Shown here piece after piece: positions 1 through 13,059 of a stretch of DNA of 64,000 nucleotides. Origin of the DNA: Takakia lepidozioides (Eukaryota > Plantae > Bryophyta); contig CM060731.1 of the NCBI GenBank assembly GCA_030704615.1, forward strand, positions 74,214,001-74,278,000, given 5' to 3'. The notes beneath the pieces were generated by a model, which saw nothing but the letters and a program-made list of their open reading frames with translations, was not told the origin of the DNA and made no database searches. Positions within the stretch are counted from its first letter, which is position 1, and each line of letters starts with the position of its first letter. Made by a program: the position numbers and the translations under genes.

Positions 1-394
1 TGGCCATCTACGAAATGCAGGAACACTAAAACTTAAGCTGCGCGTTTAACTTATAATCTCTTGCACGTATGTGGCGCCGAGGACGCCTGCAGCCGGGGAT
101 TTCCCATTGAGGGGGAACGAAGTCTTTCCATATTGTCAATAATTGTCAATATAATACGCCAAGTAATAGAAAAGGCCCGGGGGAGTTGAATGCGCCCGGG
201 CCGGTAAGCGTATGTGACCCGCAGCCGTGCCCCCCTTAGTTTGGCGCCTCAGGCGCGGTCACCACGACGACGCCCATGTCTTGGTAGCACGCAGTCTAGA
301 GTCCATTTTTCTGTATAACTAACATTAAATTCGGGACGTTTTTCCAATGTAGCAGCATGCAGCTCAGTGGTGCGAACTCTCTCACCTGAAAACT

Positions 395-552
395 AAGGAT
401 CCAGGTTCGAAATTCAACAGTTCTGCACCTGAGGTTTTTGCGCTGCTACTTCAAAAAATTTCGAAGTCCTGAGTGGATGCCCATCTTCATGCATAGTCAT
501 ACATGTATGGAAATACATGAGAAATATAGGGTTGTGGGCCTGGTCTCAGGTT
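395..552 (+). repeat. Left inverted-repeat arm of a non-autonomous TIR/foldback-like element
   Basis: aaggatccaggttcgaaattcaacag...aaaaaatttcgaagtcctgag...gcccatcttcatgcatagtca...ggtctcaggtt is the imperfect reverse complement of about 24165-24318; agtccatttt (about 300) also mirrors 24324-24333. Confidence 0.75.
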
Positions 553-1770
553 GAGATATTGTCAAATCTCGCAAATACATGAGAAATATATGGACATGCA
601 TGTTCCCGGATAAGCTCCCAATCCTTGTAATTTTGCTACTTCGAGAAAAATTCTAAGTCCCTGCAAAAGTAGTTACATGGTGACTATACTTGGATGACCA
701 ACTTCGAAAATAGTCATACAGGAGAAAATATATGGTCAGGCATGAATACATGAATTGTCTTCATGCACAAGTCTTGAATGGTATATATTATAATTATGTA
801 TGACAAATATATCATACTTCAAACCATGTATTTCCATGCAGTATTAATACTTTATCTCTATGCATAAAAATTGTGAACTCACGGGTTCAATTTACAATGG
901 ATGAGATGGTGACTATGAATCTTCATATCTATACTAATATCATTCTTTTTATTTTCAATCGTTGCAAAGTCATACATGATTTGGATGCATTGTCATATCT
1001 ATTAGCATAGTCGTACATACATGATGTCATGTCTCATTCATGCATATTTCTTGTGGCATATGTATGACAATGCATCAAACTTGTCATGTATTTTCATGCA
1101 TTATTAAAACTCTATTTCTATGCATACAAGTCATGAGGTCATGGGTTCATATAACAATGAATGAGATGATGAGTATGAGTCTTAATATCTCTACTAGTAG
1201 AATTCTTTTATTCTTATTACTTGAAAAATAAAATTACATGTGTCATACATGGCATACATGACATCTGGTATTATTTTCATGCATAGTCACACATAAGAAA
1301 TCAGTTGCATTGTCATACATACATACAGACATACGATGTGATGTGTGTCCATGCAAGACTTCTGTCTGAAGACAACTGATGTATTTCCATGCATGGCCAT
1401 TAATTTCTCATGTACGACTATGCAAGATGAGCATTTAAACTTGTATATATATATATAAAGGGGGAGTAGGGGCCCTTTTTAATCAAATTAAATGAAACAA
1501 AGGTTCACATTAAGGTGGAAGAAATAACCACCAGGGAGGCCGTAGAGGCTCATTGAGGGGGAACTTCCCCATGACCAAGCATACTAGCTAAGAGCAAATG
1601 AAGCGGAGGAGCTGGAAAAAGATGAGTGAAGCTAGTGCATGAGGAGAGATAAAGCAAGTGAGCCTAAAGAGCAAGGCTGATAAGCAGCGATAACACTGAG
1701 AACAGTTGCCTGGTGGCAAAAGTAGTACCCAAGTCTGGAGCAGGGAGAAGTTTGAGAAAAGATTCTTGAG

Positions 1771-4700
1771 CTACGTGCTAAAAACGCAGCTGAGTCCTAG
1801 ATTTGGCAACTCGAGGCTTCTTGTGCCTCCAGTTGAAGTCCACATCGTCCCCATCACTAGGGGATATCCCATGAATTGGGAGTGGAGACTTTCCAGTAGT
1901 ACTGCATGTTGGGAAGACAGGTAGTGCAAGGCCCATTGCAATTCCCCCCCCTGTGGTGGGGGTGGGTTGGCATTTCCTTTGTCATCAAGCACCCTTATGG
2001 GGTACAGAGATTGCTTGTGCAAATCCGCCTAGCCTGTCAGCTGCAGGTTGCCCTCACAGTCTGAAATGAACTGAATTCCAGAGGCTATCTGATCATTCAT
2101 AGAAAGGACCAGCATGACAGTATCACCTCCATTGGTTGTTGCAGCTGTCCAAGTTGGCAAGGCCTCCAAGTCACCTCCATTTCTCAGCAGGTCAGTTATG
2201 GAATCTGGCACGTCTGCAAGAAGAGAAGGCCATGCAGCGGCTCGTCTGGCCCCTACACTCTGTGTCACTGCAGCTGGAGATAGGTAACTGCCCTGCTCCC
2301 AAGTATTGCCCAGATGAGTAAGACCTTTGTGCTCCCAGAAGGCCCACTTTGGTCTTTGTAGGAACAATGTTTGCGAGTTGAAAACATTGTTCCAAAACAG
2401 AGGTTGTCGCCAGGCCTCTGCAAAGTTTGCTGGTGGTCTTTGAGTAAGCTTGTCCCTAAGAGACTGCCACGCAGCCCATATGGATTGCCATGGGCGGGAT
2501 CCCAAGTGCAGATTCACATTTTTCCCTTGAACAATCCAGCGAAGTGAATCTGCCCACAAGTGGGATGAAGAGGATTTGGCACCCATCAAGTAAGGCTGGA
2601 TCAATTTACTCCATGGTCTGTGACGGTGCGTAATGGCCCTAGGGATCCACTTGGCTAAAGAGCCTTGATCTGTGCCGCTGGATCCAAAATTGCAAGCCCC
2701 CCCTTCTTTTTGGGCTGGCAGAGTTGCTCCCAAGAAAGCAGAGCCCGTCTTACCGGAGTTTGCACTGTTGCGCCCCAGATAAAATTCCGAATAAGAGCTT
2801 TTATCTCTTTCACCATGGAGGTACCTGGGTCCCACACTGCTGCAGAGAACCAACAAGAGGCCAGTAGAACCTGGTTTGCCACCAGTGCCCGTCCAGCAAT
2901 TGAGAGCATGGAGGAGCTCCAGTGGGCAAGAGATCTTTTCAATCTGGAAAGTACGTTCTGCATTCTGCTCTGTTGGGACACATTAATTCCAACCTGATGG
3001 CCCAGCAGCGTGTGGGATTCCCCTTCCTGAAGCCATCGGAGGCCAATGTCTTCCCCCCAAGCAGCACAGTGAGTAGAGGAAGCTTGACTTTGCAACACCG
3101 AGAGAAGTCCCACCGACTTTCCCCAATTGATTTTCAAGCCACAACTAAGACAGAAAATGTGCAGGGCTTCAAGTGCATGATCAATGTTGTCCCGAGATGA
3201 ATTGTCCAGCAGTAAGGAGGTATCATCAGCATACATTGACAGCTTCACCATTTCCGGTAGGAAGGTAGGTAAATGAAGGCCCACAATGTCCTACCTGGCT
3301 TCAAACAAGTGCTCAAGAGAATCTGCCGCAATGAGAAAGAGGAAAGGTGCCAATGGGCACCGCACCCTTGTCTCACCGACCTAGAGATAGGGAAGGATTG
3401 GGAGATGACACCATTCACCATTACCTTACTAGAGGCAGACTGAAGAAGGATCCTTACCCAAGACAAGAACTGACCACTTAAACCTGTTTTTTCCAAAGCA
3501 GCGAGGAGGAAGGTCCAGTCAATAGAGTCAAAAGCTTTTTCAAAATCCAACATCAAGAAAGCAAGAGGCTGATTGTTCAGATTTGCCCGGTGAAGCGCTT
3601 CATGGGCCATCATGATGTTATCCAAGATCATACGGTCTTTAAGAAAACCGGTCTGCTCTTTTCTGATGATCTGAGGCAGCAAGGGCTGGATTCTCAAAGC
3701 AAGCGCCTTGGCTATAATCTTGTATGTAGAGTTGAGTAGGGTGATAGGTCGGTAGTTGGTTACGTTGTCCCTCTCCCCCTTTTTGTAGATGAGAGTGATA
3801 AGGCCTTCGGAGATCTGAGAGGACATCACCTGCTTCTGGAGGATGTCGTTGGTCATGCCCAGAAAGTCATCTCCAAGAGTTCCCCACAAAGATTGAAAAG
3901 CTCAATGGGCAGACCATCTGGACCTGGGCTTTTAAGAGATGCCAGGGCATCTACTGCCTTACCCAGCTCAGACTCAGTAAAGTGTTATGCTAACTTGGAT
4001 TTATCTGCAGCAGATAGGGCACAGAGTATATTTCTCAAGAGAGCATTAAATCTTGCTTCGTTTATCTCTGGAGTGTGTGTTTTTTTTTCAAAGAGTTGTC
4101 TGAAGAAGCCGGCTGCAATGGTGGCCATCTTCTTCGGGACAACACTTGGAATGCCAGCATCATCACGCAAAGAGGGGATCAAAGTAGAAGCACGACGCTG
4201 AGCAGCTTTAACAAAGAAATATTTAGACATTTTTTCCCCCTTCAGCGACCAATTTACCCCTGCCTTGACCCTAATGAACTGCTCCCTGGAATGTAACAAC
4301 AAAGAGAGATTCTTCTTGGCTGTTTTGTAGGAGATCATGGTTTGAGGGTCATCTCTACCTTCTTGAAGCTGGTACTGACAGACATGAAGGCATTTTGTGA
4401 GTGCCCTCTCTTTTCTGGAGGTGTCTTCGGCCTTTTTCCTAGACAATTCCTGACAGATGCCTCTCAACTTCTGTAGCTTGGATAGAAAGAGGAGAGTGGG
4501 AGAGGTGAAAGGTAGGTCAGCAGAGGACCAAACTCTTTGCAGCTCTAGAACAACCTCTGGGTCTTTGAGGAGGGAGGGGTTGAGCTTAAAGAAACCCCTA
4601 CCCTTTGCTCTTGTCCCCGGGGTGTGTAAAGAGAGATTGACAATGGAGTGGTCAAAACCAGGAGGCACTGGGGCCAAAGGGGATCTGACAGTCCAATTTA

Positions 4701-5379
4701 ACAGGTGCTCAGAGTAATAGATTCTATCTAGACGAGCCAGGGAGAGATTTGGAGACTCCCTGTTATTAGACCATGTAAATTTCAGCTCTCCCTCAGCTGG
4801 GGTGGTGGCGTCCAGCAAACCCACCGCCATGCATAGAGAGTCCCAAGAGTCTCTTTCAGCAACAGACAGGCCATGAACATTAGAACCGAAGCGATCATTA
4901 TCAAACTCCACCATGTTAAAATCCCCACCCACAATCCAATGTTGGATGTCACCAAGCTGCAACATTTTCAATCTTATAAGAGACCACAGCTCTATACGTT
5001 TCTCCTCACCATTGGGAGCATAAACATTTAACACCCCCACACTCCCAATCGCTGGACCCATATGCAGAACGACTAGTTGAACCCTACCCTGAAGCCATAT
5101 GTCATTAGAAAGAACAGAGGGCCCCAAGGAGGGGGAAATAAAAATTGCTGTGCCACCTCTAGTGTCAATGATCATGGGGTTCCAGAATGCGGAGGCAGGA
5201 GGCCACATAGAAGTCCCCACAGATGCAATTTTGGCTTGGTCGAGCTTATGCTCTTGGAGAAAGATTAGAGAATATTTGTTTATGAGATTGGAGGCCCATC
5301 TTCTGATTCTGGCCCTTTTTGGGGCTGAGTGATCAGATCCAATGCCACGGATATTCCACGTAGAAAGGTAGAAATTCAT
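1771..5379 (-). pseudogene. LINE ORF2: AP endonuclease plus reverse transcriptase, with frameshifts and a stop
   Basis: APE motifs STWNIRG, FLQEH, NVYAPN, GGDFNM, ARLDRIY, DH; RT motifs NYRPITLLN, LDFEKAFDS, VRQGC, YADDT; spread over ORFs 3985-5427, 3245-3889, 2655-3284, 2029-2856 and 1771-2022. Confidence 0.92.
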
Positions 5380-5534
5380 TGTACTGCCAGGGTAAGGCCC
5401 GCGTTGATCTCGCAATTTGATGGCCATGTAGGTAAGAATTTGAATTTAGTCCTTTTGTCTCAGGGTTGCAGCGTATTTATCCATTTAAAACCAGCAGGAG
5501 GTGGCAGTAAATCAGGTAGGTTCCACACAAAGAC

Positions 5535-6248
5535 CTATCTCGACTTCTTTCTTTTGCTGAGACATCCCAGTTCCAGGAATTGGTTCCTGCTATCTGTTAG
5601 CATAGAAAGATCTGACAGGGAGAGATGCCAAGAGAGCATTGAAGAGAGGTAGTCAACAACAAATTTTGAACACAAGATGTTGTATGATTCACACCATCCT
5701 GGTAGAATTTTAAGGGCAAGCTGTTGATGCTCCAGCACAAGGGTCCAGCCACGATTCCTGTTTGTCTCATCATGCACAAAGAAGATGAGTGGAGAGGGAG
5801 AAGAAGCATGAGGAAACATGCTTACCGGTGGGGGTGAGTCCACAGTTTCCTCGGGCTGTCCCATTTCTTCAAAGCATTTGCTAGCTGCATTGGATGAGAA
5901 CAACATGTCAGTGTCGTTATACAAGATTATTGCTCTGTTTGTGGGCTCCACCTCCCGGGAGATGTTGCTCTCTTGGACTGCCTGGTCTGCCAGGCCCTTG
6001 AGCTTTTGTAGGCTTGTAAGTTCAGCCACCATGCGCTGCCCTTCTTCCATGATTAAGGAGCTACGAGCCCAGGTGTTTGGGTCCTTCACCCTGCAAGGCA
6101 AGCCAAAGGCGTCTACCCACAGCCCTTTGTTTGGTTTGACCGTTATGTGCAAGTCTTTGAAATGGAAGATCGGAAGCACATGTACCACCGCCAGATTAAC
6201 AAGGGCATTGTTGTTTTCAACCATAATGCCTATGTTGTGGGCGTGAGA
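5535..6248 (-). pseudogene. LINE ORF1, C-terminal part
   Basis: Directly upstream of ORF2; removing 6249-22956 and one AGA restores the in-frame junction KEKDITLF-SHAHNIG. Confidence 0.75.
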
Positions 6249-7290
6249 CACTAGAAGAAAAACGCGGAATAACCACTCTGTTAACCATTCATTTTGAGTG
6301 GTAAAAGACACTAAACCACTCTGGCCCTAGAATGATGAAGAACCAGTGCATTAGGACATGTGAGTGGTAAAAGACATTACGTGGCACCGGTGGTTAAGGA
6401 CAGTGGTTCGAACCACTCACGTCCGGGTCCACCTGTTAGCTGACGTGTCACTGAGGTAAACCAACCACTTATGACGTGTCACAGTGGTAAACTGACGTGT
6501 CATAGTGGTAAAGTAACCACTTCCGTTTTGTAGTGGAGATGTGTAAGCCGGTGGTCCGTGGATGATATTGGAGATTATGTCGACACGTGGCGACACTCTC
6601 AGCATGGTCACGTGTCACGTGTCGTGTGTCAGTGCTACGAAATGGATGGAGTGAAAAATTCAATGACTTCCGAAACCACTTGTTGAGTGACCACAAAATG
6701 ACTCACAGAGTCATTCTATGAAAACTGAGAATATACAATATCACTCACAGAATGGGTATGTGAGTGGATGACGTCTCTCAGCATGTCATTGGAATGATTA
6801 CCCACAGAGTGGTGTGTAAGCTATTTGAGTCATTCATGGTGTCTCTCTGAGTGGGAACTATGGATTTGAGTCATTACCAACAGAGTGGTGTGTAAGTGAT
6901 TAGGAATACCACTGGAGGAATTCATACCACTAGTACAGTAATATATATGTAACTACTTATACCACTATACAAGTGATAATGTACGCAATTGTGTGCATTT
7001 GGCTACTCCCACGGTTTTAAATTATACCACTATTACAGTGATGTGCAAGTGATTATGAACATGACTAGAGGAACACATACCACTAGTGTAGTGTTTAAAG
7101 AAGTACCATTGGGGATTCAAGCTCCACAAAATAGAATAGAATCCCAGAGAGTTAAGTGCTGGAACACTGTCAACAAAATCCAGCCATGATAAAAACACTA
7201 GGCCTAACTTCTACACGGCGTCTCCGCATGCATGCTAGGACCGGCCAGATCCTCACGGACTTTTTTCCAAACATCTCCCTCTCTCTATCT

Positions 7291-7319
7291 CACTAGAAGA
7301 AAAACGCAGAATAACCACT
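7291..7319 (+). repeat. Second CACTA terminal sequence (nested or duplicated left end)
   Basis: cactagaagaaaaacgcagaataaccact differs by one base from 6249-6277. Confidence 0.8.
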
Positions 7320-7360
7320 GGCCCCCTTAACCACTATTGTCTTTTATCACTCTATAAATC

Positions 7361-7548
7361 TGTCGTGCGCATACATATCGCTACACAACTACATCGCTGT
7401 CCAAAACCACACAACACATGTGCACACCACACACTAGTATACCACTAGTCTACCACTAGTCCAGCCACTAGTCCAACCACTAGGCTACAACTAGTCAGTC
7501 ACTAGGCTGCCACTACGCTGCCCACTATGGCAGTCACTAGTCCACACA
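7361..7548 (-). repeat. Terminal repeat segment A, copy 1 (188 bp; U3-side part of the LTR)
   Basis: Appears identical to 7879-8066; contains tandem CCACTAGT motifs. Confidence 0.95.
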
Positions 7549-7549
7549 A

Positions 7550-8066
7550 TGATAAAGAAGAAGAATACAAGCACAAGCTCATGCGGGCTCACAAAGCTGA
7601 AGCATAAACTCATGCATATATAACCTCATCACTCAAATACAAGTCAAGCCAAGTGCACCCCACGCCATGGGGAATCCACACTACGGCGCCATAGCTAGGC
7701 GCGGTGAGGCTCAACTCGAGAAAGATGAGCCTCCCGCGCTTGCCGTGAAGATAACCACTCCAGGGCCTAAATCTGCCTTGACCCCTGGATTGACACTTGG
7801 GCCAATCCCAAATATCAATATGTAAAAACTAGCTATTTCCTAGCTAGTTTCACACTAGTGGTAAAATAACTTGACAGCTGTCGTGCGCATACATATCGCT
7901 ACACAACTACATCGCTGTCCAAAACCACACAACACATGTGCACACCACACACTAGTATACCACTAGTCTACCACTAGTCCAGCCACTAGTCCAACCACTA
8001 GGCTACAACTAGTCAGTCACTAGGCTGCCACTACGCTGCCCACTATGGCAGTCACTAGTCCACACA
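7550..8066 (-). repeat. Complete 3' LTR (A'-GC-B', 517 bp, TG...CA)
   Basis: On the minus strand it starts TGTGTGG right after the PPT and ends TTTATCA; made of A (7879-8066), GC (7877-7878) and B (7550-7876). Confidence 0.85.
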
Positions 8067-8077
8067 ATCGCCCCCTA
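8067..8077 (-). promoter_or_regulatory. Polypurine tract of the DNMT-gypsy element
   Basis: Minus strand TAGGGGGCGAT abuts the TG start of the 3' LTR. Confidence 0.7.
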
Positions 8078-8325
8078 GCTGGTGCTTAGGTCCCTCTAAG
8101 TCCAGGTAGCCACAAGATGTGATAGTGACCATAGCCTCACTAAGTCCTCCACCACTATCCCTACTACACTCAAACTCGATAGATCAAGAGGCCGGGTGCA
8201 AGAGTTGCCCCATCGTTAGTCGCCGTCTTGCAACCTGTGAACTTGAGCTTGGGATCTCATGTATTGACTCCTATGAGCTTGGCCTCCCATGTCTTGTTAG
8301 CTGCCTCCAGTCATGTCCACTGCCA

Positions 8326-11300
8326 CTATCCCAAGCAGTGTGGACACAACCAATCTCCGTCAGGAACCTTCTCAAGAGGTGGTGTCAAGCATCCCATATG
8401 CCAACCCCTTGAGCACCGATCACACACCAGCATGGTGGCTGCCCCTTTGGCAGACCCACAGAGCATGCACCTCAAACCTGCAGGTACCACTGCCAAGTTT
8501 GGGTCAACTCTGCCATCGACATTGGGAAGGTGACATGGCGCACAATTACGCACATGGTCTTTCCAAGTCATGCCATCCCGACCCTCTAAGATCAGGACCC
8601 CTGAGGGCAACACCTCTCGAACCCTCAGAATAACACGCCCTGCAGTAACATCCAGAGTCGTAGGAGCAGTCTGCTGCAAATAAACATAGTCACCAGGGCT
8701 AAACCTCCGAACCCCAGGACGATATCCTCCACCACGTATAGTGGCATACCTCAACGTATCACGGTGCTGTGCAATGGCAAGGTTCTCAAAAGCCATGGGC
8801 ATGACTTTCTTGAACAACTCTGCACGCTGATCACATGCACGTACCCACACGTCCGGATCGTCAAGGTTAAGGACTTGAGCAGTGTCCCTACGAATGGCTG
8901 CAGGCAAATCCGGCTCTCGGCCAAAGAGAAGGAAATATGGTGAGAAGGAGGCAAGTGATGCTTGTTTGCTGAACCTGTAGCCCATGGCTAACCAAGGAAC
9001 CTGAAGATCCCAATCTCCTAGGTGTCCCTTCTGCAAGCCATACTTGCGCAAACCCCTCTTCACCGTCTGAACAACTCTCTCTGCTAAGCCATCGGCCTCA
9101 GGATGATCCCGAGAAGTGGTGCGGTGGTCTATCAAGGCTTTATCACACAAAGCCTGAAACTCCCCAAGAACTCTCTCCCTTGGTCCGTGAGTACCTCAGC
9201 TGGAGCACCAAATCGGCTAAGCACACGATCAAAAAGAATGCATACGCAGCCCCCTCACTAGCCTTGTCAGGCAATGGAACCAACTCAATCCACTTGGAGA
9301 AGTGCTCCACCATCACCAACACATATCTGTGGTGGCGCATAGTCAGTGGCAACGGTCCTGCGAAGTCAAGACTCCACCTGTAGCCCAATCCCATGATAGG
9401 TAAAGGATGCAACTGTGGTGTAGGGGCGTTGAATGAAGCACGCACCCTGTCACACACCATGCACCTAGCCACAAACTGTTGCACCTCTGTATGCATACCA
9501 CGCCACCAATACTGCCCCTGCAGTAAACTGTGAGTGCGTCGCACTCCAAAATGCCCCAACTCCTCATGGGCATGCCGCACTAACCGTGCACGCTGTGTGG
9601 GGTGAGGCACAATCCTCACCCGACCATCCTCCCACACTCGAAGTAGGTGTATCCCCTCCCACTTGAACCTCTTGGCTCGTTGCAGGATCCGATCCCTCTC
9701 CCTGGCAGTCACAATGGCTGCCGTGTCTCCCGTGCGGAGGTAGTCCAACACAGCCGAATCCTCATGTATATCTCTGGCACCACCTAGCTCATCACTAGCC
9801 TCAGGGTCCTCAGACACTCCGTCTACAGTCATCCCTGTTGTAGGTCCAATCTGACCTCCCGATGCCAAGATACACAAAAATGCAGATGCGTGCCATCCCG
9901 GCACCATCTCCTCGTCCGTCTCACCATGCCACCGAGCTCCAGTGTCATCCTGCTGGCTCATGCATGGATTGCGACTCAATCCATCCGCATCCCGATTGAC
10001 CAAACCCGGTCGATGCACAACCTGAAAGTCATACTCCTGGAGTATAAGTGCCCACCGTGCAAGCTTCCCTGTAAGCTTGTCTGACTCCATCAACCACTTG
10101 AGTGGCTGGTGATCCGTGACAAAGGTGAAAAGATTGCCGTATAGATAGCACCTGAAGTGTGCCACGGCCCACACTGCAGCTAAGCACTCTCCCTCATATG
10201 AGCTGTACTTAGCCTCTGCAGCGTTGTTCGAGCGGCTAGCGTAAGCCACTACGAACTCTCTTCCCTCATCATCCACCTGTGTGAGCACCGCTCCAAGCCC
10301 CAGCATGCTCCAATCCGTATGCAGCTGAAAGGGACGCCCCCTGATAGGTCGTCTCAAGATAGGCGCCGAGGTCAACCTCGCCTTGAGCTCTTGAAAAGCT
10401 CGTTCCTGCTCATCTTCCCACTGCCACTCCTGGTCCACCTTGGTCAGCTTGGTTAGAGCCTTTGCAATGGTACTAAATCCCTTGACAAACCGTCTATAAT
10501 AGTTTGCCAACCCCATGAAAGCTCGAACTCGGCTCACATCCGTGGGGCGTGGAATTTGTGCAATGGCCTCTACCTTAGTCTGCTGTACCCCCAATCCTCC
10601 AGGATATATCATGTGACCCAGATACTCAATCTGGTTGTGGAAAAACTTGCACTTCCCCGGATGCAACTTCAATCCGTGCGCTCTCAAGCGCTCCAATACC
10701 ACCTGAAGGTGTCTCTCATGCTCCTCCATCGTAACACTAAAGATGATGATGTCATCTATGTAGCACCGAGCAAAGTCCACCCCTGCTAGAATCCTATCCA
10801 TGACTCTCTGAAACTCTGCAGGAGCATTCTTAAGCCCAAATGGTAAGAACCGCCACTGATATAGGCAATCCTTGCCGTGTTCATTGATCCCCCAGAATGT
10901 CGTCTTCTGCTTGTCCGCCTTCTTGATTGGCAACTGGTGATATCCGGATCGTAAATCCAAAGTGCTAAAGGCCTTAGCATGCCCGATGGCATCAAAGATC
11001 TCCTCTGGTGTTGGCATGGCATACTTATCGGACTTGGTCTGACGATTTACAGGCCGGTAATCACCGCACATACGTCTCTCCGTCCAATTGCCATAGACAT
11101 CCTTCTTGGCTGGCATCACTGTGGCTGAAGCATACTCTCCACCAGAGAGCTCCACCAAACCTGCCTCCCAAAGATCTTGAGTCCTCATCTGAATCAAAGA
11201 CCTCTCCATGTCACTGTATCTATAGGGTCTCCGAAAGATTGGCGTGTCAGTGGCCAACTCAATACGGATCTCTTGACCCTTCAGTGCTCCCAAGTCCTTC

Positions 11301-11449
11301 AAACTGAAGGCAAAGCAATTCCTGTAAGCCCTCAGGAACCGCCGTATACGTCGTCTCTCTCCTCCGGTGACAATGGGTCCAATGTCAGGCTCCCAATTGT
11401 CCTCCGTAACTACAACCTTAAGTCCAGTGGGCTTAGAGGTAGAGGACAC
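8326..11449 (-). pseudogene. pol: RT, RNase H, DDE integrase and C-terminal PHD finger (frameshift near 9150-9240)
   Basis: [21 protein letters not shown]; TDWS...ECLA...TDH; HHCC HEELGH...CMVC; LDFAGP and DGLAER; PHD CMLC...CDRC...HMGC...WLCPHC. Confidence 0.95.
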
Positions 11450-11749
11450 GTCCCGTGGTTGCTATGCTGCAACCTCTTGAGCAGTACTCCCTACCTGCTC
11501 AGTCAATGACAAGGCATCATCCTGCCCCATCATCTCATCCTTGAGGACCTCCTCAACTTGAGAAGAATCCCCAACCTCATCCATCACAGCCGCCTTGGCT
11601 GCCAACTCCCTCTGAACCTCGAGCACCTCCCACGTGTGCCATGGATGCATGCACCCCGTGGTCCTCATATGCTCGCCCCCACTCACTGCCTGTACCGTCT
11701 CGGTAGGCAGAGAGACCATTGAGGGAAGTGTATTCCGCACTCTGCGTTG

Positions 11750-12720
11750 CTCAGCTAGAGCCAAGCTGATAATCCAGGTCAAGCAATTGAGATCCATTGC
11801 TTGCCCCAACACTTGACGACGTGATGCCTCAGAAAGAGACAACACCGCCGTGGTACCAGTGGTAAAACCCATTGTCCGCTCACGCTCGTCAGCATTAGGC
11901 TCCACTAACTGCTGCAACTGAGCATCCCACAGGAGGCCAGGTCCACTATCCCGGAAAGCATGCGATCCTGGGAAGCTGAGCAGTGTAGGTAATGCTGCTC
12001 GTGGTTGACCCACCTTGTTGACCACTGCCAAAGGCGAACGGTCATCGTGTCTCACACGTTGAGACTGCCTCCCTGTGTCCAGAATGTTATCCACTGTGAG
12101 ATGTGCTGGCCGCTGCACCCCATCAAATGCACGCTTGAGCAGTGCGGGTGGCATCATGTTAGTCCACCATAGCCATGGACGATGAGCCCGTGACCCCACT
12201 GTAGCTGCATCCAACAACACTGCTGACCCAAGCCACGACCGGACTTGATGCACACTGGCCATCACCCTGGCCCGAGAATGCCCATCAGTGGCACATTCTC
12301 CAAGATGTATGCTGGAGATACAGCTTGATGAAGCTGCAAGTGGCGCAAAACCCGCACCATCTCCCAAAACAGACCCGACCTCGAGTCTCGCAATCCATTG
12401 CCATGCCCGGCTGATGAATGCCCTTGGCAGGGCCAACCTGCCACTACCAGATCAATGGAGCCAACCCGCTCCAAATCCTGCGCCCCCAGCAACGAAATGT
12501 CTGCTGGCAAGGCCTGCTGATATCCACGAATTGTAGACACCGACAACACTCAGGGTACCGCTGCACCAACTGAGCAACATGGCGAAGTGAAACGCGTCGT
12601 GCAGTCTTATCCCTCTTCCACATACAGGTAACGCCGAACTCGTACACCTGCCTGTAACACAGCAGCCAATCCGGTGCTGATCCCGCCAAACAAGTCCAGA
12701 AGACAAATGCCTTCATCCGG
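11750..12720 (-). pseudogene. C5 cytosine DNA methyltransferase domain (DNMT3/Dcm-like) within pol
   Basis: Ordered motifs: I LLDLFGGIS (about 12680-12705), IV DLVVAGWPCQGHS (about 12415-12455), VI ILENV (about 12293-12308), VIII AHRPWLWWTN (about 12158-12187), IX ERERTMGF, X LGQAMD (about 11792-11809); split over three frames. Confidence 0.92.
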
Positions 12721-13059
12721 AGACTGCCACACAATAGGTGTGGTGTCCAATGGAGACAATTGAGGTGGTCCTGGTGCAATCCCCACATCTCCTCCTCTCC
12801 TGACGTACAAAAGCCTCCACCCAGGCTTGTTGGCACCCGTCGATCAGCATCCCGCTGCAAATCCTTGCTCGTGCCCCACAATGGAGTCTGAGCAACCATG
12901 GTAGGCAACTCCGCCATACCATACATGTCATCCTGCTCTCCCGGAGGTGGTACATCCTCTGAATGAGCATTGCCCTCAAGCAACTCTCTAGGCCAATTCA
13001 CTGCCGCTGTGAATGCTGCAAGTCGGCATCTTGCCTCGCTGGGCAACCGCAACTCCTCC

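Noticed and set aside
357-415. tRNA-like A box (gcagctcagtggt) and B box (ggttcga)
   Set aside because: No convincing cloverleaf; overlaps the TIR arm. At most a degenerate tRNA/SINE-derived piece.
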